The position numbers and the translations under genes are program-made. A stretch of DNA of 64,000 bases from a candidate division FCPU426 bacterium (GTDB taxonomy: Bacteria; Oederibacteriota; PGYV01; Palsa-1178): assembly GCA_963840035.1 (NCBI GenBank), contig CAWIXE010000002.1:320001-384000 (forward strand), read 5' to 3'. Below the pieces are notes generated by a model, which made no database searches, was not told the origin of the DNA, and worked only from the letters and a program-made list of their open reading frames with translations. Below are positions 9,762-19,500 of the stretch, one piece after another (position 1 is the first letter of the stretch; each line of letters starts with the position of its first letter).

Positions 9762-10688
9762 ATGCCGCTTTCTAAAAACCGTATTTTTAAATCATTGTTT
9801 ATATCAGCGGTTTTGTTCGCGGCAATTCCTTTCAAAATATCTGCTGCCGGAAATACAGCCGGTAGTTTTCTGCTTGTAAACATTCAGGCCAGGGAAACAT
9901 CGCTCGGAGGCATATATGCCCCGTATTACGCGCGGCCCGGGGCTTCCACCATGAACCCGGCAACCCTTCAGGGAATAAAGAACAGCTATGTGATATTTTC
10001 CCATTATGCCTCTGTTTTTAACACGCACTACGAGCAGGTGCAGTATGCCTTGCCGCTGGATGTTTCCTCGTGCGCGGGAGCGTACCTGATGTATTCCGCT
10101 AACGACACTCTCTTTAGGACAAATGAATTCGGCGAGCCTGTGGAGAGGATTGAAAATTATGACGCCATAATAGGAGGGACATATTCGAGGGCCCTCAATG
10201 AAGAGTATAATATAGGGGCAAATCTGAAAGTTGTGGCTGAAAAACTTTATAACAGCACGAACTTCGGGGCGGTTATAACAGCGGGAATGCTTTACAGAAA
10301 TTATGAAAGCAGGTACACTATAGGCGCGGATATTGAAAATTTGGGGATTGGCACATCTTTCTTTAAGGAAAAGACACTGTATCCCATAGTGTTCCGGGCG
10401 GGTTACGGCACTGAAGTATATAAGTATGAGGAAGAGTATAAAATATCGCTTTACATAGAGGAACGCGTTTTTTTAAATGAGGATGAAGGCACCGAGACTT
10501 CTTTCGGGATGGAAGCCATATACAAAAAGTTTTTTGTCTTCAGGTACGGATATATTTTCGGCAGGAACGAGGGCCGGGTGGCCACGGGCGCCGGGATAAA
10601 GCTAAACGATTTTTTTGTGGATTACGCGTATCAGCCGTACTTTGTGTCCGACAACGCGCATAGGGTGACTATAAAATACATGTTTTAA
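9762..10688 (+). CDS. Divergent PorV/PorQ-family outer-membrane protein
   Basis: Signal peptide; GSFLLVNIQARETSLGG...MNPATL; C-terminal VDYAY...HRVTIKYMF ending in Phe. Confidence 0.75.
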   Translation: MPLSKNRIFKSLFISAVLFAAIPFKISAAGNTAGSFLLVNIQARETSLGGIYAPYYARPGASTMNPATLQGIKNSYVIFSHYASVFNTHYEQVQYALPLDVSSCAGAYLMYSANDTLFRTNEFGEPVERIENYDAIIGGTYSRALNEEYNIGANLKVVAEKLYNSTNFGAVITAGMLYRNYESRYTIGADIENLGIGTSFFKEKTLYPIVFRAGYGTEVYKYEEEYKISLYIEERVFLNEDEGTETSFGMEAIYKKFFVFRYGYIFGRNEGRVATGAGIKLNDFFVDYAYQPYFVSDNAHRVTIKYMF

Positions 10689-10770
10689 TTTTGGATTTTC
10701 AATTTTAAATTTTCAATTAACGGCAGATCCTGCCTTTAATTGAAAATTTAAAATATAAAATTGAAAATTG
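10687..10770. repeat. Heptamer-unit inverted repeat, copy 2
   Basis: AATTTTGGATTTTCAATTTTAAATTTTCAATTAA, inner GGCAG-ATC-CTGCC, TTAATTGAAAATTTAAAATATAAAATTGAAAATTG. Confidence 0.8.
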
Positions 10771-10778
10771 GAAGGCAC

Positions 10779-11360
10779 ATGGACGAACTTGAGATCATAA
10801 AGCGCGTTAAAAAAGGCGAGACAAAATATTTTGAGGAAATCATAAACAAATACAAAAAGGTCGTATTCGGCCATTGTTATAATTTTTTGCGCAACAGGGA
10901 AGACGCGGAGGACGTGACGCAGGAAGTGTTTGTCAGCGTATATAACAACCTCGCCTCTTTCAGGGGCGACTCAAAGCTCTCCACGTGGATATACAGGATA
11001 ACCATGAACAGCTGTAAGAACAGGTTAAAACAGATGCAGCGCCTGAAAGCCAATTTTATCGAGGAGTTTTATGAGCCGGGCGGCGAGGAAAGGGAAAGCC
11101 TGGTAAACGAGATACAGGAAAAGGAAGAAAAACAGCCGGACAAGGAATTTGTGTCCGATGACATGCGTAAGACCGTTTATAAAAGGATCGATGAGCTCAC
11201 GGAAGAACAAAAAAACGTGATACTTTTGCGTGATGTGGACGGGCTGTCTTATGAGGAGATCGGCCAGTTGTTGAAGCTTTCTGTTCCGGCAGTTAAATCA
11301 AAACTGTTCAGGGCAAGGGAGAATTTAAGGGAAAAGCTTCAGAAAGACAATATCTTATAA
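10779..11360 (+). CDS. ECF RNA polymerase sigma factor (SigW/RpoE-like)
   Basis: DAEDVTQEVF, FRGDSKLSTWIYRI, region 4 LSYEEIGQLLKLSVPAVKSKLFRAR; start taken at ATG 10779. Confidence 0.93.
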   Translation: MDELEIIKRVKKGETKYFEEIINKYKKVVFGHCYNFLRNREDAEDVTQEVFVSVYNNLASFRGDSKLSTWIYRITMNSCKNRLKQMQRLKANFIEEFYEPGGEERESLVNEIQEKEEKQPDKEFVSDDMRKTVYKRIDELTEEQKNVILLRDVDGLSYEEIGQLLKLSVPAVKSKLFRARENLREKLQKDNIL

Positions 11361-11400
11361 TTGTCAATTCGTTGTGTCAGGTTTTTATGTAAAAATACAG

Positions 11401-11426
11401 CGAAACTTTTTTAGCGGGTCGTTGTC
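11401..11426 (+). promoter_or_regulatory. Putative ECF promoter (anti-sigma gene)
   Basis: CGAAAC-N15-TTGTC; same motif and spacing at 21619, 25534 and 42515. Confidence 0.7.
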
Positions 11427-11454
11427 ATATATTTAACGATTGGAGGTTTAAAAA

Positions 11455-12420
11455 ATGCAAGAAATAAAATGCGAAAAACATAAAGAGCTGATTATGGAAA
11501 TGGTGGACGGTGAAATTAAAGCCGGTGACATTTCCATTGTTGAATCTCATTTGAAATCATGCAAAGAATGCGCCGATTATAAAAAAGACCTTATAAATAT
11601 GACCGTTTTTACGAATTCTATGAAAGTTGAAGCTCCGGATTTCATGGAAACAAGGATTATGGCAAGGATTGCCGCTCCAACAGCAGTTTCCGGGTTCAGG
11701 TGGTTTCCTGCATTATCATATGGAAGCACTTTTGCTGTGGCAGTCATAGCAGGCTTTCTCCTTATATATAACAAGCCTGGAACCGTTGAAGTTAATACTG
11801 CGTCAGTCAAAAAAGCTGAAAAAACAACGGTTGCGTCAGTAAAGAAAGTTACGACTGAAACTTCAAAAACAACTGTAAAATCAGTTGAAATAGCGAAAAA
11901 AGAAGCGCCTGCAGTCATTGATCCACCTAAAAATGAAGAAAAAAAGGAAGTAATTGCTTCCGCGCCATATATGGCGCCGGTTAATTCATCCAATTCAGGC
12001 ATGAGCCAGCAGGTTGTGCCGTCAGGCGGAAACAAGTCAAATGGAGTTTCGCAGGTTGAAAATAGCGGTATGGTATCGGCCGCAAGCGGATTGGACAAAG
12101 TTCCGGTTCCCACGAGAATACCTTTACTTGAAAGTGAAAAAGCGATTGTGGCGAATAACCTTATAAACCCTGACAGGGGAGAAACATCAAGAATAATGAT
12201 TAATGTTGAAGATGCCTGCAGGGTCAGGATAATGATTTACGACAAAAACATGCAGGTTGTCAAAGAGATAGTCGACGAAGACAAACTTCCGGGCAAATAT
12301 GAAGCCTTATGGGCGGGGAAAAATGACGAAAACCGCACAGTTTCACAGGGCGTATATTTTGTTTACATTCAGCTCGGGAAAAGGGTAATTAAAAAGAATA
12401 TTATGGTGGTAAAACAGTAA
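11455..12420 (+). CDS. Zinc-binding anti-sigma factor with TM helix, low-complexity linker and C-terminal FlgD-Ig/T9SS-CTD-like domain
   Basis: HLKSCKEC (HxxxCxxC), one TM helix, K/T/S-rich linker, C-terminal INPDRGE...IYDKN..VVK...WAGKND....SQGVYF....KKNIMVVKQ; directly after the ECF sigma. Confidence 0.82.
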   Translation: MQEIKCEKHKELIMEMVDGEIKAGDISIVESHLKSCKECADYKKDLINMTVFTNSMKVEAPDFMETRIMARIAAPTAVSGFRWFPALSYGSTFAVAVIAGFLLIYNKPGTVEVNTASVKKAEKTTVASVKKVTTETSKTTVKSVEIAKKEAPAVIDPPKNEEKKEVIASAPYMAPVNSSNSGMSQQVVPSGGNKSNGVSQVENSGMVSAASGLDKVPVPTRIPLLESEKAIVANNLINPDRGETSRIMINVEDACRVRIMIYDKNMQVVKEIVDEDKLPGKYEALWAGKNDENRTVSQGVYFVYIQLGKRVIKKNIMVVKQ

Positions 12421-12430
12421 CACTTTCAAT

Positions 12431-12459
12431 TTGACAAAATGAGCGGGAAAGCTTAAAAT
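12431..12459 (+). promoter_or_regulatory. Putative sigma70 promoter for GH8 genes
   Basis: TTGACA-N17-TAAAAT. Confidence 0.65.
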
Positions 12460-12568
12460 TAAAAGATATTGACGTGTTATATAAAGAGGAAATTTAAGGT
12501 GTTGGAATAGGTCTATATATTGTTTTATTTTTTAGGCGAAACAATAAACGAGAGGCGGTACTTATTAC

Positions 12569-15500
12569 ATGAATAAATTATTGAAGGCGTTAGGTACCTT
12601 TTTATTTATATCTGTTATTTTTTGTTATATCACGCCCGCGGCAAGCGGATACGCGACATATCAGGTGACGTACGCGGCGGGGTCGGCGCAGCTAGCGGAC
12701 TCGGCGCTGCTTGAGTCGACGTATTACCCCAACTGGAAAAGCAACTTTGTCGTGACAGCTGGGGCATACCAGAGGGTGAGGTATCCTGAAGGATTGAACA
12801 ATAACGCCGTATACGGCGGTACAGCGTCGGAAGGAATCGGATACGGGATGCTGCTTGCGGTATGGTTTGATGACCAGCCGCTGTTTAACAATTTATGGAA
12901 TTATAAGGTACAGCACTCGGTAAAAGGCGGGCTGATGGCATGGCTCGTGGACCAGAACGGAAATAACTTAGACCCGAACTCCGCGACAGACGCGGACGAA
13001 GACATAGCCATGGCGCTGATACTGGCCCACCGCAGGTGGGGAAGCTCCGGGGTTAACTACAATTCCCTTGCGAGTTTGGAAATCGGAAAGATATCGTCGC
13101 AGGACATAGACACTACGGATTTCCACCCGTACCCGGGGGATTACTGCACGCACGCAAGCAACACAAACACATACCCGTCATACTTCACGCCGGCATGGTA
13201 CCGCGAGTTCGGTATACAGAGCGGAGACACGACGACATGGAACAAGGTAATAGCAAGGACATGGACGATGCTGACCACTGGCGGAACCAGGAGCGGCACA
13301 ACGGGGCTGGCGACAGAGTTGTGCACGGCAAACGGAGGCGCGGTATCAAACATAGACAGTTACAATTCGTGCAGGATACCGTGGAGGTATTCGCTGGATT
13401 ACTGCTGGAACACGGACGCGAACGCGCTGGCGCAGATAAAGCTGAACGCGGCGTTTTTTAACGGATCAGCGACGACATGCGGAGCGGGATACGACATAAA
13501 CGCGGCAAACAACGGAGTAAGGCAGGACGCGACGCATAACGGATCAAGGGTAGGGCCGGTAACCACGGCGTTTATGTACAGCACAGCGCCGGCGGGGCAG
13601 CTGCAGGCGTTTTACAATGACGCTGTAGCGCAGCAGTCGGACACTGGACATTTTTATAACGTATCGCTGGCATTATTAGGAATGCTGCAGGCAACAGGAA
13701 ACTGCCCGAGGATGTTCGGGGCAGCACAGCCGACGCCGACGCCGAAACAGGGAGACCTGTTTGACGACTGCGAAGACGGGGACAATGTAAATATGTGGGG
13801 CGGCTACTGGTATACATACGATGACAATGATAACAATAATAAAGGCACCTCGCTTGTAGTGCCGTGGTCGGACAACCACTCGGCAACAGCGGGAAAGACG
13901 CCGACGCCGTTTTCCATGCAGGCGCCGGGATATCCGACAAGCCCGTACGGCACGGTATTTGGGGCCAGGATGACGGGAAATGTAACCACGGCATGCGCGT
14001 GGGGATTCATAGGGATGGGGTCAGGGACAAGCGCTGACAGCGGATCGCCCACATATGCGGTAAAGGACCTGACGGTATACGGGCTGGCTGCGGGAGGATT
14101 CCGTTTCAAGGTAAAAACCAATGACATTAAGCATTATACGGTAAAGATATCATGCCCGGCGTCTGTAACAAGCGCGGCGGGAGCGGATTATAATTTTGAT
14201 TTTGCCGGATCCACGGCGTGGTCGCAGGTGGACGTGCCGTTCTCGGCGCTGACACAGCCGACATGGCGCACGATAATCATGGATAAGGCGCTGGTATTGA
14301 GAAACGCGACAGACCTTCAGTGGCAGACCGTAGGCCAGCCGACAACGCAGTTTGACATAATGGTGGACGACATAGAGTTCTACCCGGCCCTGCCGGCGAC
14401 ACCTACGCCGACATATTGTGTCGGAGAAAAGCTTGACAGCATGGAAGACGGGGACAACATGAACGAGTTTGGCGGGTTCTGGTATACATACGCCAATGAC
14501 ACAGGTACGGCAAAAGCGTCGACAATATGGCCTGACTCGCCGCATGGGGTCACATTTACCATGAGCGCGCCCGGAGCAAACGGTTCCTTGTTCTGCGCGA
14601 GGATAACAGGGACGGTAAGCAATGCAACAGTGCCGTTTGTCGGGATGGGGACGAACATGAGGTCTGACGGGTCAAGCGCCAACATGGGCGGATTTATCGG
14701 GCTCACATTCTGGGCAAAAGGCGACGGAAACCTGTACAGCGTAAAATTAAAGTCTGACCCGACCGTTATAACTGGCGGCAACGAGTTCAAGTACACATTC
14801 AGGAGCACCATAGGAGCGTCCGAGGGATGGGAACAGATGAACATACCGTTCTCCATATTCACGCAGGAGAGGGGATGGGGCACAAAGACCACGGTGGCGT
14901 TAGTGCTTGCCAAACTGCAGCAAATACAGTTTGAAAGCAAGGGGCCCAGCCATACGGTTGATTTCTCAGTGGATGACGTGGAGTTTGAGTGCTCGCAGAA
15001 CTGGACTCCCACGGTAACTAAAACAATTCAGCCTCCAACAAGCACCATTACGCCCACGCATACGGTATCGCCCACATGGACCAGCTCAAATACGAAATCC
15101 GCGACGCCGACCAAGACGGACACGGCAACATATACTTCCACGGCAACAGGCACGTATACAAAATCATCCACGCCTACCGGGACATATACCAATACGCCGG
15201 CAAACACATCCACAAATACGCCGACAGGCACGAACAGCGCCACCAGGTCAGCGACGCCGACACCCACATTTACAAATTCCCCGGCAAACTCGCCGACGGA
15301 TACCCCGACGGCTACAAGCACTTCCACAAAATCTTCAACCGCGACTTCCACATATACAAATACGCCTATCAATTCCCCGACTAATACGCCGACTGTAACT
15401 GACACGGGCACGAAGACGGCCAGCCCGACGGAGTCTTCGACAAAAACAAGCACGCCGACCGTGACAGAAACCAGCTCGTTTACAAATACGCCGACAAGTT

Positions 15501-16462
15501 CTAACACGGCCACGGTAACGCCTACATTTACTCAAACCCAGACTTTCAGCAATACGCCCACGGCCACGGAGACAGGCACGACAACCGAAACATGGACTGT
15601 TTCGCCTACTTTCACGGCATCCCCTACGATATCAGAGACATATACGAACAGCCCGACATATACGGTTACGGATACAAAAACGTATACCGCTACGGCTACG
15701 CCCAGCAGCACAGGGACCAGCACCAATACAGCCACGGTTACTCCGACCGCGAGTTCCTCTGTCACGGCTACATCTTCGATAAGCCAGACTTCCACGCCGG
15801 GCAATACCTTTACATATACAAATACGCCGGAGAATACATTCACAAACACGCCGGGCAATACCGCCACATATACGAACACGCCGGTAAATACTGCCACAAA
15901 TACGCCGGTTAACACGTCAACAAACACCCCTGCTAACACGGCGACAAATACGCCTGTCAATACCGCAACGAATACTCCGGCAGATACGGCCACTTTTACC
16001 AGGACAAATACTCCTGTGGATACGGCTACTTTCACCAAGACCAATACGCCGGTTAATACCGCAACCGGAACATACACGCCCACAAGCACCATCACAAAAA
16101 CGTTATTACCCACAGCGACGGTTACATATACATCCACGCCGGACACTCAGGCTGTTGACGGATTGAAGCCGCATCCAAACCCATATAACCCTAAAAAAGG
16201 GGATCTGCTTATAGGATTCAGGGTTGCCCGGCCGGATGTGGATTCTATCACTATCAAAGTTTACACGTCGGGGCAGAGGCTTATCAGAAGTGTTACCTTG
16301 AATCAGGCCCAATCCATCATAGCCATGAATATTGGTTATATCGGATGTAAGGCGGATCTGTTTAAAAGTTTATCAAACGGCACCTATTATTACATGATAA
16401 TCGCCAAAAAAGGCGGCACAGAAACTAAATCAAAGATTGACAAAATTATAATATTAAAGTAA
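12569..16462 (+). CDS. Secreted GH8 glycoside hydrolase with 2 CBM11/CIA30-like domains, Thr-rich linker and T9SS-like C-terminal domain
   Basis: Signal peptide; GH8 motifs [11 protein letters not shown] and [10 protein letters not shown]; two [22 protein letters not shown] modules; long T/P/S linker; PHPNP...GTYYY...KIDKIIILK. Confidence 0.88.
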   Translation: MNKLLKALGTFLFISVIFCYITPAASGYATYQVTYAAGSAQLADSALLESTYYPNWKSNFVVTAGAYQRVRYPEGLNNNAVYGGTASEGIGYGMLLAVWFDDQPLFNNLWNYKVQHSVKGGLMAWLVDQNGNNLDPNSATDADEDIAMALILAHRRWGSSGVNYNSLASLEIGKISSQDIDTTDFHPYPGDYCTHASNTNTYPSYFTPAWYREFGIQSGDTTTWNKVIARTWTMLTTGGTRSGTTGLATELCTANGGAVSNIDSYNSCRIPWRYSLDYCWNTDANALAQIKLNAAFFNGSATTCGAGYDINAANNGVRQDATHNGSRVGPVTTAFMYSTAPAGQLQAFYNDAVAQQSDTGHFYNVSLALLGMLQATGNCPRMFGAAQPTPTPKQGDLFDDCEDGDNVNMWGGYWYTYDDNDNNNKGTSLVVPWSDNHSATAGKTPTPFSMQAPGYPTSPYGTVFGARMTGNVTTACAWGFIGMGSGTSADSGSPTYAVKDLTVYGLAAGGFRFKVKTNDIKHYTVKISCPASVTSAAGADYNFDFAGSTAWSQVDVPFSALTQPTWRTIIMDKALVLRNATDLQWQTVGQPTTQFDIMVDDIEFYPALPATPTPTYCVGEKLDSMEDGDNMNEFGGFWYTYANDTGTAKASTIWPDSPHGVTFTMSAPGANGSLFCARITGTVSNATVPFVGMGTNMRSDGSSANMGGFIGLTFWAKGDGNLYSVKLKSDPTVITGGNEFKYTFRSTIGASEGWEQMNIPFSIFTQERGWGTKTTVALVLAKLQQIQFESKGPSHTVDFSVDDVEFECSQNWTPTVTKTIQPPTSTITPTHTVSPTWTSSNTKSATPTKTDTATYTSTATGTYTKSSTPTGTYTNTPANTSTNTPTGTNSATRSATPTPTFTNSPANSPTDTPTATSTSTKSSTATSTYTNTPINSPTNTPTVTDTGTKTASPTESSTKTSTPTVTETSSFTNTPTSSNTATVTPTFTQTQTFSNTPTATETGTTTETWTVSPTFTASPTISETYTNSPTYTVTDTKTYTATATPSSTGTSTNTATVTPTASSSVTATSSISQTSTPGNTFTYTNTPENTFTNTPGNTATYTNTPVNTATNTPVNTSTNTPANTATNTPVNTATNTPADTATFTRTNTPVDTATFTKTNTPVNTATGTYTPTSTITKTLLPTATVTYTSTPDTQAVDGLKPHPNPYNPKKGDLLIGFRVARPDVDSITIKVYTSGQRLIRSVTLNQAQSIIAMNIGYIGCKADLFKSLSNGTYYYMIIAKKGGTETKSKIDKIIILK
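12625..15014 (+). repeat. Direct repeat copy A (2390 bp)
   Basis: Appears identical to 16581-18970 (offset 3956); alternative-frame ORFs in the track are also identical. Confidence 0.92.
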
Positions 16463-16530
16463 TATAAGGCAATTTTTTAGAGGTTTGCTAATATTTTGTT
16501 ATATAATCCGGTACGGATTAGGAGGATTTT

Positions 16531-19500
16531 ATGAATAAAAAATTGGTTTTTGTCCTTTTTACTATTATTGCGTGCATGTTTTATATCACGCCCGCGGCAA
16601 GCGGATACGCGACATATCAGGTGACGTACGCGGCGGGGTCGGCGCAGCTAGCGGACTCGGCGCTGCTTGAGTCGACGTATTACCCCAACTGGAAAAGCAA
16701 CTTTGTCGTGACAGCTGGGGCATACCAGAGGGTGAGGTATCCTGAAGGATTGAACAATAACGCCGTATACGGCGGTACAGCGTCGGAAGGAATCGGATAC
16801 GGGATGCTGCTTGCGGTATGGTTTGATGACCAGCCGCTGTTTAACAATTTATGGAATTATAAGGTACAGCACTCGGTAAAAGGCGGGCTGATGGCATGGC
16901 TCGTGGACCAGAACGGAAATAACTTAGACCCGAACTCCGCGACAGACGCGGACGAAGACATAGCCATGGCGCTGATACTGGCCCACCGCAGGTGGGGAAG
17001 CTCCGGGGTTAACTACAATTCCCTTGCGAGTTTGGAAATCGGAAAGATATCGTCGCAGGACATAGACACTACGGATTTCCACCCGTACCCGGGGGATTAC
17101 TGCACGCACGCAAGCAACACAAACACATACCCGTCATACTTCACGCCGGCATGGTACCGCGAGTTCGGTATACAGAGCGGAGACACGACGACATGGAACA
17201 AGGTAATAGCAAGGACATGGACGATGCTGACCACTGGCGGAACCAGGAGCGGCACAACGGGGCTGGCGACAGAGTTGTGCACGGCAAACGGAGGCGCGGT
17301 ATCAAACATAGACAGTTACAATTCGTGCAGGATACCGTGGAGGTATTCGCTGGATTACTGCTGGAACACGGACGCGAACGCGCTGGCGCAGATAAAGCTG
17401 AACGCGGCGTTTTTTAACGGATCAGCGACGACATGCGGAGCGGGATACGACATAAACGCGGCAAACAACGGAGTAAGGCAGGACGCGACGCATAACGGAT
17501 CAAGGGTAGGGCCGGTAACCACGGCGTTTATGTACAGCACAGCGCCGGCGGGGCAGCTGCAGGCGTTTTACAATGACGCTGTAGCGCAGCAGTCGGACAC
17601 TGGACATTTTTATAACGTATCGCTGGCATTATTAGGAATGCTGCAGGCAACAGGAAACTGCCCGAGGATGTTCGGGGCAGCACAGCCGACGCCGACGCCG
17701 AAACAGGGAGACCTGTTTGACGACTGCGAAGACGGGGACAATGTAAATATGTGGGGCGGCTACTGGTATACATACGATGACAATGATAACAATAATAAAG
17801 GCACCTCGCTTGTAGTGCCGTGGTCGGACAACCACTCGGCAACAGCGGGAAAGACGCCGACGCCGTTTTCCATGCAGGCGCCGGGATATCCGACAAGCCC
17901 GTACGGCACGGTATTTGGGGCCAGGATGACGGGAAATGTAACCACGGCATGCGCGTGGGGATTCATAGGGATGGGGTCAGGGACAAGCGCTGACAGCGGA
18001 TCGCCCACATATGCGGTAAAGGACCTGACGGTATACGGGCTGGCTGCGGGAGGATTCCGTTTCAAGGTAAAAACCAATGACATTAAGCATTATACGGTAA
18101 AGATATCATGCCCGGCGTCTGTAACAAGCGCGGCGGGAGCGGATTATAATTTTGATTTTGCCGGATCCACGGCGTGGTCGCAGGTGGACGTGCCGTTCTC
18201 GGCGCTGACACAGCCGACATGGCGCACGATAATCATGGATAAGGCGCTGGTATTGAGAAACGCGACAGACCTTCAGTGGCAGACCGTAGGCCAGCCGACA
18301 ACGCAGTTTGACATAATGGTGGACGACATAGAGTTCTACCCGGCCCTGCCGGCGACACCTACGCCGACATATTGTGTCGGAGAAAAGCTTGACAGCATGG
18401 AAGACGGGGACAACATGAACGAGTTTGGCGGGTTCTGGTATACATACGCCAATGACACAGGTACGGCAAAAGCGTCGACAATATGGCCTGACTCGCCGCA
18501 TGGGGTCACATTTACCATGAGCGCGCCCGGAGCAAACGGTTCCTTGTTCTGCGCGAGGATAACAGGGACGGTAAGCAATGCAACAGTGCCGTTTGTCGGG
18601 ATGGGGACGAACATGAGGTCTGACGGGTCAAGCGCCAACATGGGCGGATTTATCGGGCTCACATTCTGGGCAAAAGGCGACGGAAACCTGTACAGCGTAA
18701 AATTAAAGTCTGACCCGACCGTTATAACTGGCGGCAACGAGTTCAAGTACACATTCAGGAGCACCATAGGAGCGTCCGAGGGATGGGAACAGATGAACAT
18801 ACCGTTCTCCATATTCACGCAGGAGAGGGGATGGGGCACAAAGACCACGGTGGCGTTAGTGCTTGCCAAACTGCAGCAAATACAGTTTGAAAGCAAGGGG
18901 CCCAGCCATACGGTTGATTTCTCAGTGGATGACGTGGAGTTTGAGTGCTCGCAGAACTGGACTCCCACGGCCACCAAAACAACTCAGCCGGCCTCGCCGA
19001 CTAATACGGAATCATGGACGCCGTCACCCGCAATAACATCGACATTTACGGGTACCAGGACAAGCACGGTGACGCCGTCATTCACAAAGACTGATACGCC
19101 CTATTACAGCCCGACGGATACGCGGACACCCGTACCTCCTACGGAAACCTGGACGGCATCGCCGGCTTTTACGGCTACGGATACAATGACGCCGCTTCCA
19201 CCGACCTCCACATTCTCGGTATCGCCCATAGCATCGGCAACAAATACGCCGCTGCCGGCAACCGCGACAAATACACCGATGCCTCCGACAATGACTAATA
19301 CGCCATTGCCTCCCACATCCACAAATACGCCGATACCGCCGACGCTGACATTTACACCGATACCGCCATCTCCGACAATAACGAATACACCTGACACAAG
19401 CCTTCCGGTTGATGTGCTTATAGACGACTGCAATGATGGTGATAACGCAAACTTACACGGCGGTTACTGGTACGCGTTTGATGACGCAGGAACAGGGTTG

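Noticed and set aside
15028..16146. Val/Gly-rich minus-strand ORFs opposite the Thr-rich linkers (also near 23773-24967, 27090-28286, 41726-42301, 43895-44701, 55011-55487)
   Set aside because: Antisense shadows of ACN-rich codons; no RBS or family signal
12625..18970. Long direct repeat as diversity-generating retroelement template/variable pair or IS copies
   Set aside because: No adenine-specific mismatches seen, and no reverse transcriptase or transposase in the window
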